From: Gemmatimonadota bacterium
GTDB lineage: Bacteria > Gemmatimonadota > Gemmatimonadetes > Gemmatimonadales > GWC2-71-9
Assembly (NCBI GenBank): GCA_036679645.1
Contig: JAZDCY010000014.1
Coordinates: 32,001-96,000, forward strand
DNA: 64,000 nt
Reading direction: 5' to 3'
The notes under the pieces are model-generated. The model ran no database searches. It was not told where the DNA came from and saw nothing but the letters and a program-made list of their open reading frames with translations. Positions 39,154 through 47,201 of the stretch are shown piece by piece. The stretch's first letter is position 1; every line of letters starts with the position of its first letter. The position numbers and the translations under genes were made by a program.

Positions 39154-40455
39154 ATGAGCACAACTGCGTTAGACGAATCAATCGTCGGCAGAGGAAACCG
39201 GAACGGTGCCCGCTTGTTTCGGGAATGGTTCCAAGGGCTCACCCAGGCGGCCGAGGCAGGTCGCGGGTCGGCCTACGTCTTCGTCATGGGCAGCTTTGCC
39301 GAGTTGCTGCGGACGTTCGATTTTCCACTCGTTTTCCCGGAAATCAACTCGCTGCAAACTGCGGTACGGCATGTGGCCCATGAGTATCTCGATGAGGCGG
39401 AAGACTACGGGTACTCCCCGGACATCTGTGGCTACGTGAAGGCCGATGTCGCAACGCAGCTGCGGGGCGGCGAACATCCGATGGGGCGGATTCCCAAGCC
39501 GGCCATCGCCGTCTACACCAACGCCTGCAACACCTACATCAAGTGGGCCGAGATCTGGGAGCGGATGTACAAGATCCCCACCTTTGTGCTCGATATCCCG
39601 GGCACGCGGGCGGATGGCGCCCAGACTTACGCCGGCGACCGCGACTTCGAGAACGACCGCAAGTACGTGCTTGGTCAGTTGAGGGACTTGATCGGCTTGT
39701 GTGCAGAGGTGAGTGGCGTCCCCTTCGATATCGATCGGCTACGCGAGAGCATGGGACACGCAAACGCGATGTCGCGCGCCTGGAAGCATCTCCTGGAGTT
39801 GAATCAGGCCCGTCCGTCCGTATTCAGTGCACTCTCGGACGGAACGATCTACCTCGGTGTGGCCAACGGGTTTCGCGGCGCGGAAACAGGCGCCCGGTTC
39901 TTCGAGGAACTCGTTGACGAGATGGAATACAAGGCAGTGCACGGCATCGGCACGCTGACCGACGAGCAGTACCGTCTCATTTTTGTCGGCGTCCCATGCT
40001 ACCCGATCTTCCGCCGGTTCAACGAATTGTTTACCGATTGGGGCGGTACGTTCGTCAACTCGACCTATCTGTGGTTCGCATCTGGCGGGGCGAACCTCGG
40101 CTTCGAGTACGATCTGGCTCATCCCATCGAGAGTCTCGCAGAAGGCATCCTGCTCAGCGTGCGCGACGCCATGGACAGCATGTTCTTCCAGACGAAGATC
40201 CTGCGGACGATGGTCGACGACTTCCACGCAGACGGTGTCGTATACCACCCGATCAAGAGTTGCCGCACCGTGTCAACCGGCCTCGCCGACAACCGCCGGG
40301 CGCTCATGGCCGAACAGGATGTCGCAACACTGTTCATCGAATCCGACATGATGGACCGGCGTGTCGTATCCGAAGCGCAGCTCAAGAATAGGGTGGACGC
40401 CTTCTTCGAGGGTCTGGCGACACGACGGAACCCGACCGCTCGCACAACAGCTTAA
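39154..40455 (+). CDS. bcrB: class I benzoyl-CoA reductase subunit B (beta)
   Basis: FPEINSLQ, GYSPDICGYVKAD, NACNTYIKW, HPIKSCRTVS, IESDMMD. Confidence 0.85.
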   Translation: MSTTALDESIVGRGNRNGARLFREWFQGLTQAAEAGRGSAYVFVMGSFAELLRTFDFPLVFPEINSLQTAVRHVAHEYLDEAEDYGYSPDICGYVKADVATQLRGGEHPMGRIPKPAIAVYTNACNTYIKWAEIWERMYKIPTFVLDIPGTRADGAQTYAGDRDFENDRKYVLGQLRDLIGLCAEVSGVPFDIDRLRESMGHANAMSRAWKHLLELNQARPSVFSALSDGTIYLGVANGFRGAETGARFFEELVDEMEYKAVHGIGTLTDEQYRLIFVGVPCYPIFRRFNELFTDWGGTFVNSTYLWFASGGANLGFEYDLAHPIESLAEGILLSVRDAMDSMFFQTKILRTMVDDFHADGVVYHPIKSCRTVSTGLADNRRALMAEQDVATLFIESDMMDRRVVSEAQLKNRVDAFFEGLATRRNPTARTTA

Positions 40456-40473
40456 CGGGATCGAGGAGAGGTC

Positions 40474-41295
40474 ATGGCCTACGCCGCCGGCGTGGACGTC
40501 GGGTCCACACAAACGAAGGCCGTCATCATTGACGAGGCCCGTAACATCGTGAGCCGCGCGCTCACCGACACCGGGGCCAACGTGATTCGCGCCGCCGAAA
40601 ACGCTTTCCAGGAGTCCCTGCGCGCGGCCGACCTGCGTGAGGAAGAGGTCGAGTACGTCGTCGGCACCGGGTACGGTCGCTACAAGGTGACGTTCGGGAA
40701 CACGCAGGTGACCGAAATCAGCTGTCATGGCCGCGGCGCCGTCCACATGTTCCCCGCGACACGCACCGTCCTCGACATGGGCGGTCAGGACACGAAGGCT
40801 ATCAGCGTGTCGGATACGGGCGAGATCGTGGACTTCTGCATGAACGACAAGTGCGCCGCCGGTACGGGCCGGTTTCTCGGCGCAGCGTCGAGCGCGCTGG
40901 AGATCCCGCTGGACGAGCTGGGGCCGACGGCGCTCAACGGGGAGCGACCGGTGAAGATCAGTACCACCTGCACCGTCTTTGCCGAATCCGAGGTGCTATC
41001 GTGGCTCGGCAAGGGCAAGAAGATCGAGGACATCCTGCTCGGCGTGCACGAGTCGATCGCGACGCGGTCGGTGGGCCTCCTCAGACGGGTGGGCATCGCG
41101 AGCGAAGTGACGTTCACCGGCGGCGTCGCGCGCAACGTGGCCATGATCGACACGCTCAACCGGCGGCTGGGCATGGACGTGAATGTGAGCGAAGAGTCGC
41201 ACTACATGGGTGCACTGGGCGCCGCCCTCTTCGCCCTGGACCATATCGTGACGAGTCGCAGCCCCGCGAGCTCCGCCGCGCGGGAGACGGCATGA
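40474..41295 (+). CDS. bcrA: benzoyl-CoA reductase ATPase subunit A (short, BzdQ-sized)
   Basis: [54 protein letters not shown]. Confidence 0.8.
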   Translation: MAYAAGVDVGSTQTKAVIIDEARNIVSRALTDTGANVIRAAENAFQESLRAADLREEEVEYVVGTGYGRYKVTFGNTQVTEISCHGRGAVHMFPATRTVLDMGGQDTKAISVSDTGEIVDFCMNDKCAAGTGRFLGAASSALEIPLDELGPTALNGERPVKISTTCTVFAESEVLSWLGKGKKIEDILLGVHESIATRSVGLLRRVGIASEVTFTGGVARNVAMIDTLNRRLGMDVNVSEESHYMGALGAALFALDHIVTSRSPASSAARETA

Positions 41296-42098
41296 CCCAT
41301 ACCGTCGGCATCGATGTCGGCTCGACCTACACAAAGGCCGCCGTGCTCGATGCCGATCTCCACCTCGTCGGCCGCGCCATGGCACCGACCGGATTCCGCC
41401 TAACGGAGATCGCGGAGCAGACGCTGCATGCCGCCGTGGCTGACGCTGGGCTCCGGCGTGACGAGATCGAGTACGTCGTCGCTACGGGGTTCGGCAGACA
41501 CCAGGCCACCATGAGCGACGTGCGAGTCACCGATCTGACGGCCAGCGCCAGGGGAGCGGCACACCTCTTTCCCAACACGCGAACCATCCTCGACGTCGGC
41601 GGCCAGACCATGAAAGCCAGCCGGCTGGGAGACAACGCTAAGGTCAAGTCGTTCCGCCTGAACGACAAGTGCGCGGCCGGCACCGGAGCCTTTCTCGAGA
41701 AGACCGCACGCTACATGGGCTATTCCACACAGGAAATCGGTCCCCTCGTCGCCACGTCGAAGCAGGCCGTATCGATCTCAGGCGTGTGTGCGGTATTTGC
41801 GGAATCGGAGGTCATCAACCACCTGTCCGAAGGGATGGCGCCGGCCGACATCATGCACGGGGCGATCGTATCGCTCGTGGGCCGGTCCGTGCAACTGATG
41901 AAACGGGTACGCATGGAGCCCGAGTTCACGCTGATCGGCGGCATCCTGCGGTTCGAGCGAATGGTGGACGTCGTGCGCGAGCAACTGGACGCGGACGTCA
42001 ACGTCGCCCCAGGCGATTTGGTACAGTTCACGCCGGCGTTCGGGGCGGCGCTCCTGGGCCACCGCCGCCTGGCCAAACTCAAGAGCGTCGCCGCCTGA
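41292..42098 (+). CDS. bcrD: benzoyl-CoA reductase ATPase subunit D
   Basis: [39 protein letters not shown]. Confidence 0.8.
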   Translation: MTHTVGIDVGSTYTKAAVLDADLHLVGRAMAPTGFRLTEIAEQTLHAAVADAGLRRDEIEYVVATGFGRHQATMSDVRVTDLTASARGAAHLFPNTRTILDVGGQTMKASRLGDNAKVKSFRLNDKCAAGTGAFLEKTARYMGYSTQEIGPLVATSKQAVSISGVCAVFAESEVINHLSEGMAPADIMHGAIVSLVGRSVQLMKRVRMEPEFTLIGGILRFERMVDVVREQLDADVNVAPGDLVQFTPAFGAALLGHRRLAKLKSVAA

Positions 42099-42100
42099 GC

Positions 42101-42412
42101 ATGCCGGCACAACCGCGTAACCCTGAGGACCTCATCAAGCCACTCGGCGCCCTTGTCGAGGGCGAGGCAAGGAGGGCCCTCTCGGAAGCGCAACTTGCAC
42201 CAGACCCGCAGCGACTCGCCGATGGATGGGAGCGGCGTTTCATCACCGACGCGCGCCGCGCGGAAGAAGTCATGGCACTGTACGAGCAACTCGGATTCGA
42301 GGTCGCCGCCGATGCAATTCGCCCGGAGGAGTTGGGCGACGAGTGCGACGATTGCCAACTGGCACTGCTCCAATTCAAGACGATCTACACCCGACCACGA
42401 CGCGCCGAATAG
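42101..42412 (+). CDS. small hypothetical protein with CxxC in the bcr operon
   Basis: GWERRF..D..R..E...LY..LGFEV...ECDDC...IYTR; fills the gap between bcrD and had. Confidence 0.7.
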   Translation: MPAQPRNPEDLIKPLGALVEGEARRALSEAQLAPDPQRLADGWERRFITDARRAEEVMALYEQLGFEVAADAIRPEELGDECDDCQLALLQFKTIYTRPRRAE

Positions 42413-42432
42413 CGGCGCGCGGGAGAACCACA

Positions 42433-43455
42433 ATGCAAGCGGCAGTCTATCACGGTCCCAACCAGCCCCTTCGGATCGAGGACGTTCCGGTCCCCACCCC
42501 CGGCGCAGGAGAGGCACTCGTCAAGGTCGCAGGCTGCGGAATGTGCCACACCGATTTGCACTACCTCGACCATGGCGTGAAGCCGTTCAAGACACCGCCG
42601 CTCATTCTCGGGCACGAGGTCGCGGGTACCATCGAGCGCCTTGGCAGCGGGACGAACGGTTGGTCCGACGGAGATCGCGTTCTCATTCCCAGCGTGTTGT
42701 CATGCGGCCGGTGCCGGTACTGCCGGCAGGGACGGGAGAACCTGTGCGATGAGCTCGTCATGCTGGGCAACAACATCGACGGAGGATACGCCGAGTTCCT
42801 CACCGTCCCGGCACGGGAGATGATACGGGTTCCCGATACGCTGCCGCTCGAGCAGGCATGTGTCGTGGCCGATGCGCTCTCGACGCCGTTTCATGCGGTG
42901 AAACACCGCGGCAAGGTACGGCCCGGCGACGTTGTCGCCGTGATGGGATGCGGCGGCGTCGGACTGAACGTCGTGCAATGCGCCGCCATGGCCGGTGGAC
43001 GCGTCATTGCCATCGATCTCAACGACGACCGTCTTGCGCTCGCCAAACAGCTCGGAGCAGCGCAGACGATTAACCCCGCGGGCATCGAGCGTCTCGACAA
43101 ACACATCAAGAAACTCACCGGCGGAGGCGTGGACATCGCGTTCGAGGCAATCGGCAATCCCGACACGATGCGCGGTGCCTATGCCCTGCTCCGCAAGGGT
43201 GGCCGACTCTGCGTGATCGGCTACGCCGCGGGCGATGTCACGCTCTCGGCCGCGCGGCTCATGTACTACGAGCTGGAGGTCGTTGGCAGCCTGGGGTGCG
43301 GTGCCGGAGAGTACCCGGAGATTATTGCCCTGGTCGAAGCCGGGCGCCTTACGCTCGAGCCGATCGTGAGCGGCTGTCTGCCTCTCGAGCAAATCGACGA
43401 AGGGTTTGATCGGCTGCGACGGGGTGAGGGTGTGCGGTGGGTGGTGACTCCTTAG
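42433..43455 (+). CDS. had: 6-hydroxycyclohex-1-ene-1-carbonyl-CoA dehydrogenase (Zn-dependent MDR)
   Basis: GCGMCHTDLHY, LGHE, CGRCRYC..C, VVADALSTPF; operon context. Confidence 0.8.
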   Translation: MQAAVYHGPNQPLRIEDVPVPTPGAGEALVKVAGCGMCHTDLHYLDHGVKPFKTPPLILGHEVAGTIERLGSGTNGWSDGDRVLIPSVLSCGRCRYCRQGRENLCDELVMLGNNIDGGYAEFLTVPAREMIRVPDTLPLEQACVVADALSTPFHAVKHRGKVRPGDVVAVMGCGGVGLNVVQCAAMAGGRVIAIDLNDDRLALAKQLGAAQTINPAGIERLDKHIKKLTGGGVDIAFEAIGNPDTMRGAYALLRKGGRLCVIGYAAGDVTLSAARLMYYELEVVGSLGCGAGEYPEIIALVEAGRLTLEPIVSGCLPLEQIDEGFDRLRRGEGVRWVVTP

Positions 43456-43506
43456 ACGCTCAGGGGCTCAGGGGCTCAGAGGACGGTGTGGGCGTCCGGG
43501 CGCTCG

Positions 43507-43698
43507 TCAGCCGCCCTCGGGCCGCTCCCGCACGCGCAACCCATGTGACCGCCGCCGCCTGGCAAACAGCGCGGCCACCTCGCCCAATCGCTCAATCCGC
43601 TCGAGCTTCTCACGGAAGGGAAGCGCCAGGAAGTCCTGACGCTGCCGGCGGCGGTTCCCCTCCCATGTCGCGGTGCTCCAATCGGCCCGATCAACCAT
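43507..43698 (-). CDS. small partner protein of the nucleotidyltransferase (antitoxin-like)
   Basis: MVDRADWSTATWEGNRRRQRQDFLALPFREKLERIE; overlaps the stop of the upstream gene. Confidence 0.6.
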   Translation of the reverse strand: MVDRADWSTATWEGNRRRQRQDFLALPFREKLERIERLGEVAALFARRRRSHGLRVRERPEGG

Positions 43699-44173
43699 CG
43701 CCGGCGTCCCCATGCAGCAGCCGCAGCTCCGCAACATCCGCGAGGTCCTGCGGTCGGCCCGCCTCTCGCTTGAGTCGGAGCAGGGCCTGCAACCGAACGA
43801 CGCGTACCGGGACGCCCGGGGCCACCTCCTCCACCAGCGCGCGCCGGTACTCGTCGTCGAAGTCGAACGGCTCGACGGCGAACACGTCCACCGGGGTCTC
43901 ACGGTGCCGTCCCTTTTCCGCGATCCATCGGGCCCGTACCGCAGGATCACTGAATCCCTCGGCTGTGACAGGCAGCCGCGGCTCATAACCAAGCGACTTC
44001 AGCGCCGCAAACGCCGCCCGCACGTGCTCAGGCACGAGTTTGATGACCAGGTCCAGGTCCTCCGTGAGCCGCCCGTAGCCGTGCGCGTTCACGGCGAGTC
44101 CCCCAACGACGATGTATGGGACACCGGCATCATTCAGCGCACGCGCCACGGCCTCCACGCTCGCAACCCTCAC
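43691..44173 (-). CDS. nucleotidyltransferase-family protein
   Basis: YIVVGGLAVNAHGYGRLTEDLDL, LKREAGRPQDLADV. Confidence 0.8.
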   Translation of the reverse strand: MRVASVEAVARALNDAGVPYIVVGGLAVNAHGYGRLTEDLDLVIKLVPEHVRAAFAALKSLGYEPRLPVTAEGFSDPAVRARWIAEKGRHRETPVDVFAVEPFDFDDEYRRALVEEVAPGVPVRVVRLQALLRLKREAGRPQDLADVAELRLLHGDAGDG

Positions 44174-44469
44174 CCACTCAACTCCAGCGGCGGTTCGAGG
44201 TCGCTGGTAATCTCATTTATGGTGCAACCGTGCTTGGTGTGACGTCCGGCCGTTATCAGCATCATGTCGTTCATGGCCATCCGGACACAGGGTAGCCTGA
44301 TACAACGGGGAGTCGACCCGAATGGGAAGTACTCCATGGTATGCGAGATCCACGGCACCCTTGTTGGTTCAATAATACCGAATTCTATCCCCCGCGCGCG
44401 TCAATCCAGTGAAAACGACGCCGGGCACCTTCATCGTGTCCGTCCGCCAGACGCTCAGACGCTCGATGG

Positions 44470-44539
44470 CTATCCAACAGCTATGCCCGGCCGCCAGGCG
44501 CGCGATTGGAGTGCTTGCACGTTGTGGATCACCGCGTCG
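44470..44539 (-). repeat. detached duplicate of the 3' end of the Mur-ligase-like gene (direct repeat with 51793-51862)
   Basis: 56/70 nt identical by hand alignment; DAVIHNVQALQSRAWRPGIAVG* versus DAVIHKVQALQSRGWRPGAAIG*. Confidence 0.9.
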
Positions 44540-44821
44540 AAGCACGCGTTGTGGCCCACCAGTGTTCTGAGCGCAGATTCGCCACGCCACTTGGAGATAC
44601 AAAGCAGCAACAACAGTCGCAAAGCGATGTGTCATAGTGGGGAAAAAGCGACGTGATTTCCGCCACCGGAGGATTGCCTGATCCATGAGTTCGACCGGAC
44701 TTGATAGATTCATAGATTTTTCATCGTGCCTTTAGGCCAGGCTCTCTAGACTTATGTGGGGTGCTTGGAAAGTTCGGATTGCCTTTCTGTTGCGGCTGTA
44801 GCTCCATTTGGGGGATCATCG

Positions 44822-45433
44822 ATGCCGCTCGATAGGCACCTCGCAGCTCTTGCGACGGCGGTCGCTATCGGAGCCACGAGCCTCGTAGTCGTGCTTGGCC
44901 TACAGAACCGGTCACTCGAGACTCGCTATGGCGAAGCACGGCGTCTTGCTACGGAACTGTATCCGGGATACGGCGTCCCGGAATTCGCTACTGCTACGCT
45001 GGAGGGTGACTCCGTCGTCCTCGGCGCCGCGCCAGAGTCCGTTCGCCAACTTCTCCTCGTATTTGACACAGAGTGCGACTACTGCCGCGCCACTGTACCG
45101 GCATGGAAACAAGTGCTCAGTGTCCTCGATTCTGCTTCGTATCGGCCGATCCAGGTTCTTGGCATCTCTCTCGACAGTGACAGCGCCACGCGAGTGTACC
45201 TGGAGGACCTCGAGTTCGCTCTTCCGACGGTCACGATGCGCGACCCGAAAACCCTCCAGCTGTATCGTCTTCGGTCAGTACCTCAGACGATCCTCCTGGG
45301 GCCGCGTGGATACGTCATGTTCGCGAGGACTGGCCAGCTCTCGACCCCCGAAGCGGTAGACACTCTGCTTCAAGTAATCAAGCGTGTCGCTGGTGACGTG
45401 TCTTCCACAGAAACTGCAATACGTTCGCATTAG
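44822..45433 (+). CDS. membrane-anchored thioredoxin-fold protein (TlpA/MauD-like)
   Basis: N-terminal TM; FDTECDYC; GISLD; SVPQT cis-Pro loop. Confidence 0.8.
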   Translation: MPLDRHLAALATAVAIGATSLVVVLGLQNRSLETRYGEARRLATELYPGYGVPEFATATLEGDSVVLGAAPESVRQLLLVFDTECDYCRATVPAWKQVLSVLDSASYRPIQVLGISLDSDSATRVYLEDLEFALPTVTMRDPKTLQLYRLRSVPQTILLGPRGYVMFARTGQLSTPEAVDTLLQVIKRVAGDVSSTETAIRSH

Positions 45434-45506
45434 GGCCATGGAGAACTCCGTTGATTGGGAGCCCTGAGGAACCCACAGTGGGAACCGCAAACTGAAGGAG
45501 GACTGT

Positions 45507-45743
45507 ATGTCGCGCATCACGAAGGTTGCCGCACGAGCTTGTGGTGCGGCTATTGTCGTAGGTGGACTGCTCTTTGGCACGTCCCAAGCCCTTGCAGGCT
45601 CATCAGACGGCTGCTTGTGGGACCCTCCACACCTGGGGTCATGCGCCAACCAGGTCGACTGTCAGTACAAGTGTGATCAGTACTACGGCTATGGGTACTA
45701 CGGCAGCTGCACAGCTGGCTGTTGCCACTGTATCGAGTGGTAG
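45507..45743 (+). CDS. secreted 8-Cys defensin-like (CS-alpha-beta) peptide precursor
   Basis: RBS AAGGAGG; signal peptide ending SQALA; mature GSSDGCLWDPPHLGSCANQVDCQYKCDQYYGYGYYGSCTAGCCHCIEW. Confidence 0.85.
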   Translation: MSRITKVAARACGAAIVVGGLLFGTSQALAGSSDGCLWDPPHLGSCANQVDCQYKCDQYYGYGYYGSCTAGCCHCIEW

Positions 45744-47173
45744 CCCAGCGTGCCCGGCGGGGTGAGGCTCCCACACCTCGCCGGCCCTCAGGCTCGGGAC
45801 CGTCAAAGGACGTCTGGAACAGGCGGACGCTACGTTTCCCGACCATAACGCCTCATTTTCGCGCGCGCCCCGGGTTCCGAGGTGCGGCCGTGTTGTTACC
45901 GGTGCTTCTTGCGGCGTGCCAGCAGGAGACGATTCTCTTGCCGGGTCGTGGGGCCGCACCTCGGGATTCCTCTGCGATTGATACAAGCGGCACGACAACG
46001 GACACAACGGTAGTCCAGCGCGTGGGACTCGTACTGGCCGTTCGAGTTGGCGGCGAAGATTCAGTGCTCGCGAATGCCCTAGGATGGCAGACCAACGCGA
46101 TTCCCGGCGCTGAAGTTACAGTGCAGCGATCAGGTTCATCGATCCGGCAGACCGATCGAACTGGATTGGATGGGTCGGTAGAATTCCCTGCGCTGTTGCC
46201 CGGCGAGTACCGGGTCTCGGCCATCCGAATTCTGACGCCCAGCGAATCATCCTTGCTGGGTCCTGGGAACGAGGATGTCGACGCCTTTGGGGGGAGTACA
46301 AGTCTCATACTCGAACCGCCTGCGGCCGAGGACACCCTCGTCATCGGTGCTGGTCGCCGTGGCTCACTCGTAATCAGCGAATGGTCTTTCTATATCGCGA
46401 TCATCAACGGGACGCCCTATGAGTTCGGCGGTTTTCTGGAACTCTACAATAACTCAGACAGGACCGTGTACCTCGACGGGAAGCTGTTCGGGGCCGGGTT
46501 TTCGGCGGCGTTTGAAAGCCCCGTCGAGCCCTGCAGCACTTGGGCCACGTACCGGAATGATCCACAAGGTGTCTGGACCGAGACAGTCTTTCGCTTTCCG
46601 GGCTCAGGCCAGGACTACCCCGTAGCGCCAGGGCAGACGATAGTGATGGCGACGGACGCGATTGACCACGGTCAACTTGTCACCGGCGGACTGAACCTTC
46701 GCAATGCACAATTTGAGTTTCTCGGTAGCGGCGATGTCGATAATCCCACCGCCGCGAACATGATTGACGTGGGTCCGCGCCCCTTCACGCTCTTCGCCCA
46801 CGGGTTCTTCTTCTTCACGACTGCGGCGCTTCCCTTTCTCGCTGACGCCGTTGACCTCAGTACCCTCCCGACAGCAAGGCTTTTCGCAAGCGGAAGAGAG
46901 TACGTCCGCATACCAGCCAACAAACTACTGGACGTTGCAGCCTTGCGTTACTTCGGACCGAGCCTCGGGCCAGCGTGTCCGGAAATGGTCCATGCCAGTA
47001 TCGACGGCGCAGCGTTTCTCATGCCAGAGGACAATCCGGGCGGGGCCCGTTCGGTGCAGCGACGCGTCATCGGTAGCTTCGCGACTGGTCGTCAGGTTCT
47101 GCTACGTACCCGTACCAGTGCTCGCGATTTCGACTATCGCGTTCGCACCCCTGGTAGCCTACCCAGGCCCTGA
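45722..47173 (+). CDS. DUF4876-like lipoprotein (true start probably ~45845-45890)
   Basis: Lipobox LAAC; LVISE, FLELYNNSDRTVYLDG, FPGSGQDYPVAPG, ATDAIDH, C-terminal RTS..DF. Confidence 0.7.
   Translation: MPLYRVVAQRARRGEAPTPRRPSGSGPSKDVWNRRTLRFPTITPHFRARPGFRGAAVLLPVLLAACQQETILLPGRGAAPRDSSAIDTSGTTTDTTVVQRVGLVLAVRVGGEDSVLANALGWQTNAIPGAEVTVQRSGSSIRQTDRTGLDGSVEFPALLPGEYRVSAIRILTPSESSLLGPGNEDVDAFGGSTSLILEPPAAEDTLVIGAGRRGSLVISEWSFYIAIINGTPYEFGGFLELYNNSDRTVYLDGKLFGAGFSAAFESPVEPCSTWATYRNDPQGVWTETVFRFPGSGQDYPVAPGQTIVMATDAIDHGQLVTGGLNLRNAQFEFLGSGDVDNPTAANMIDVGPRPFTLFAHGFFFFTTAALPFLADAVDLSTLPTARLFASGREYVRIPANKLLDVAALRYFGPSLGPACPEMVHASIDGAAFLMPEDNPGGARSVQRRVIGSFATGRQVLLRTRTSARDFDYRVRTPGSLPRP
45753..45785 (+). 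terminator. GC hairpin immediately after the peptide gene (no U tract)
   Basis: CCGGCGGGGTG...CACCTCGCCGG 11-bp stem with one G-U. Confidence 0.5.
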
Positions 47174-47201
47174 TCGAACGGGCCACTGGAAGATCCCTGA
47201 C

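Noticed and set aside
44170..44713. ORFs 44170-44358, 44264-44656 and 44369-44713
   Set aside because: No motifs or clear RBS; region better explained as the displaced gene end plus promoter DNA
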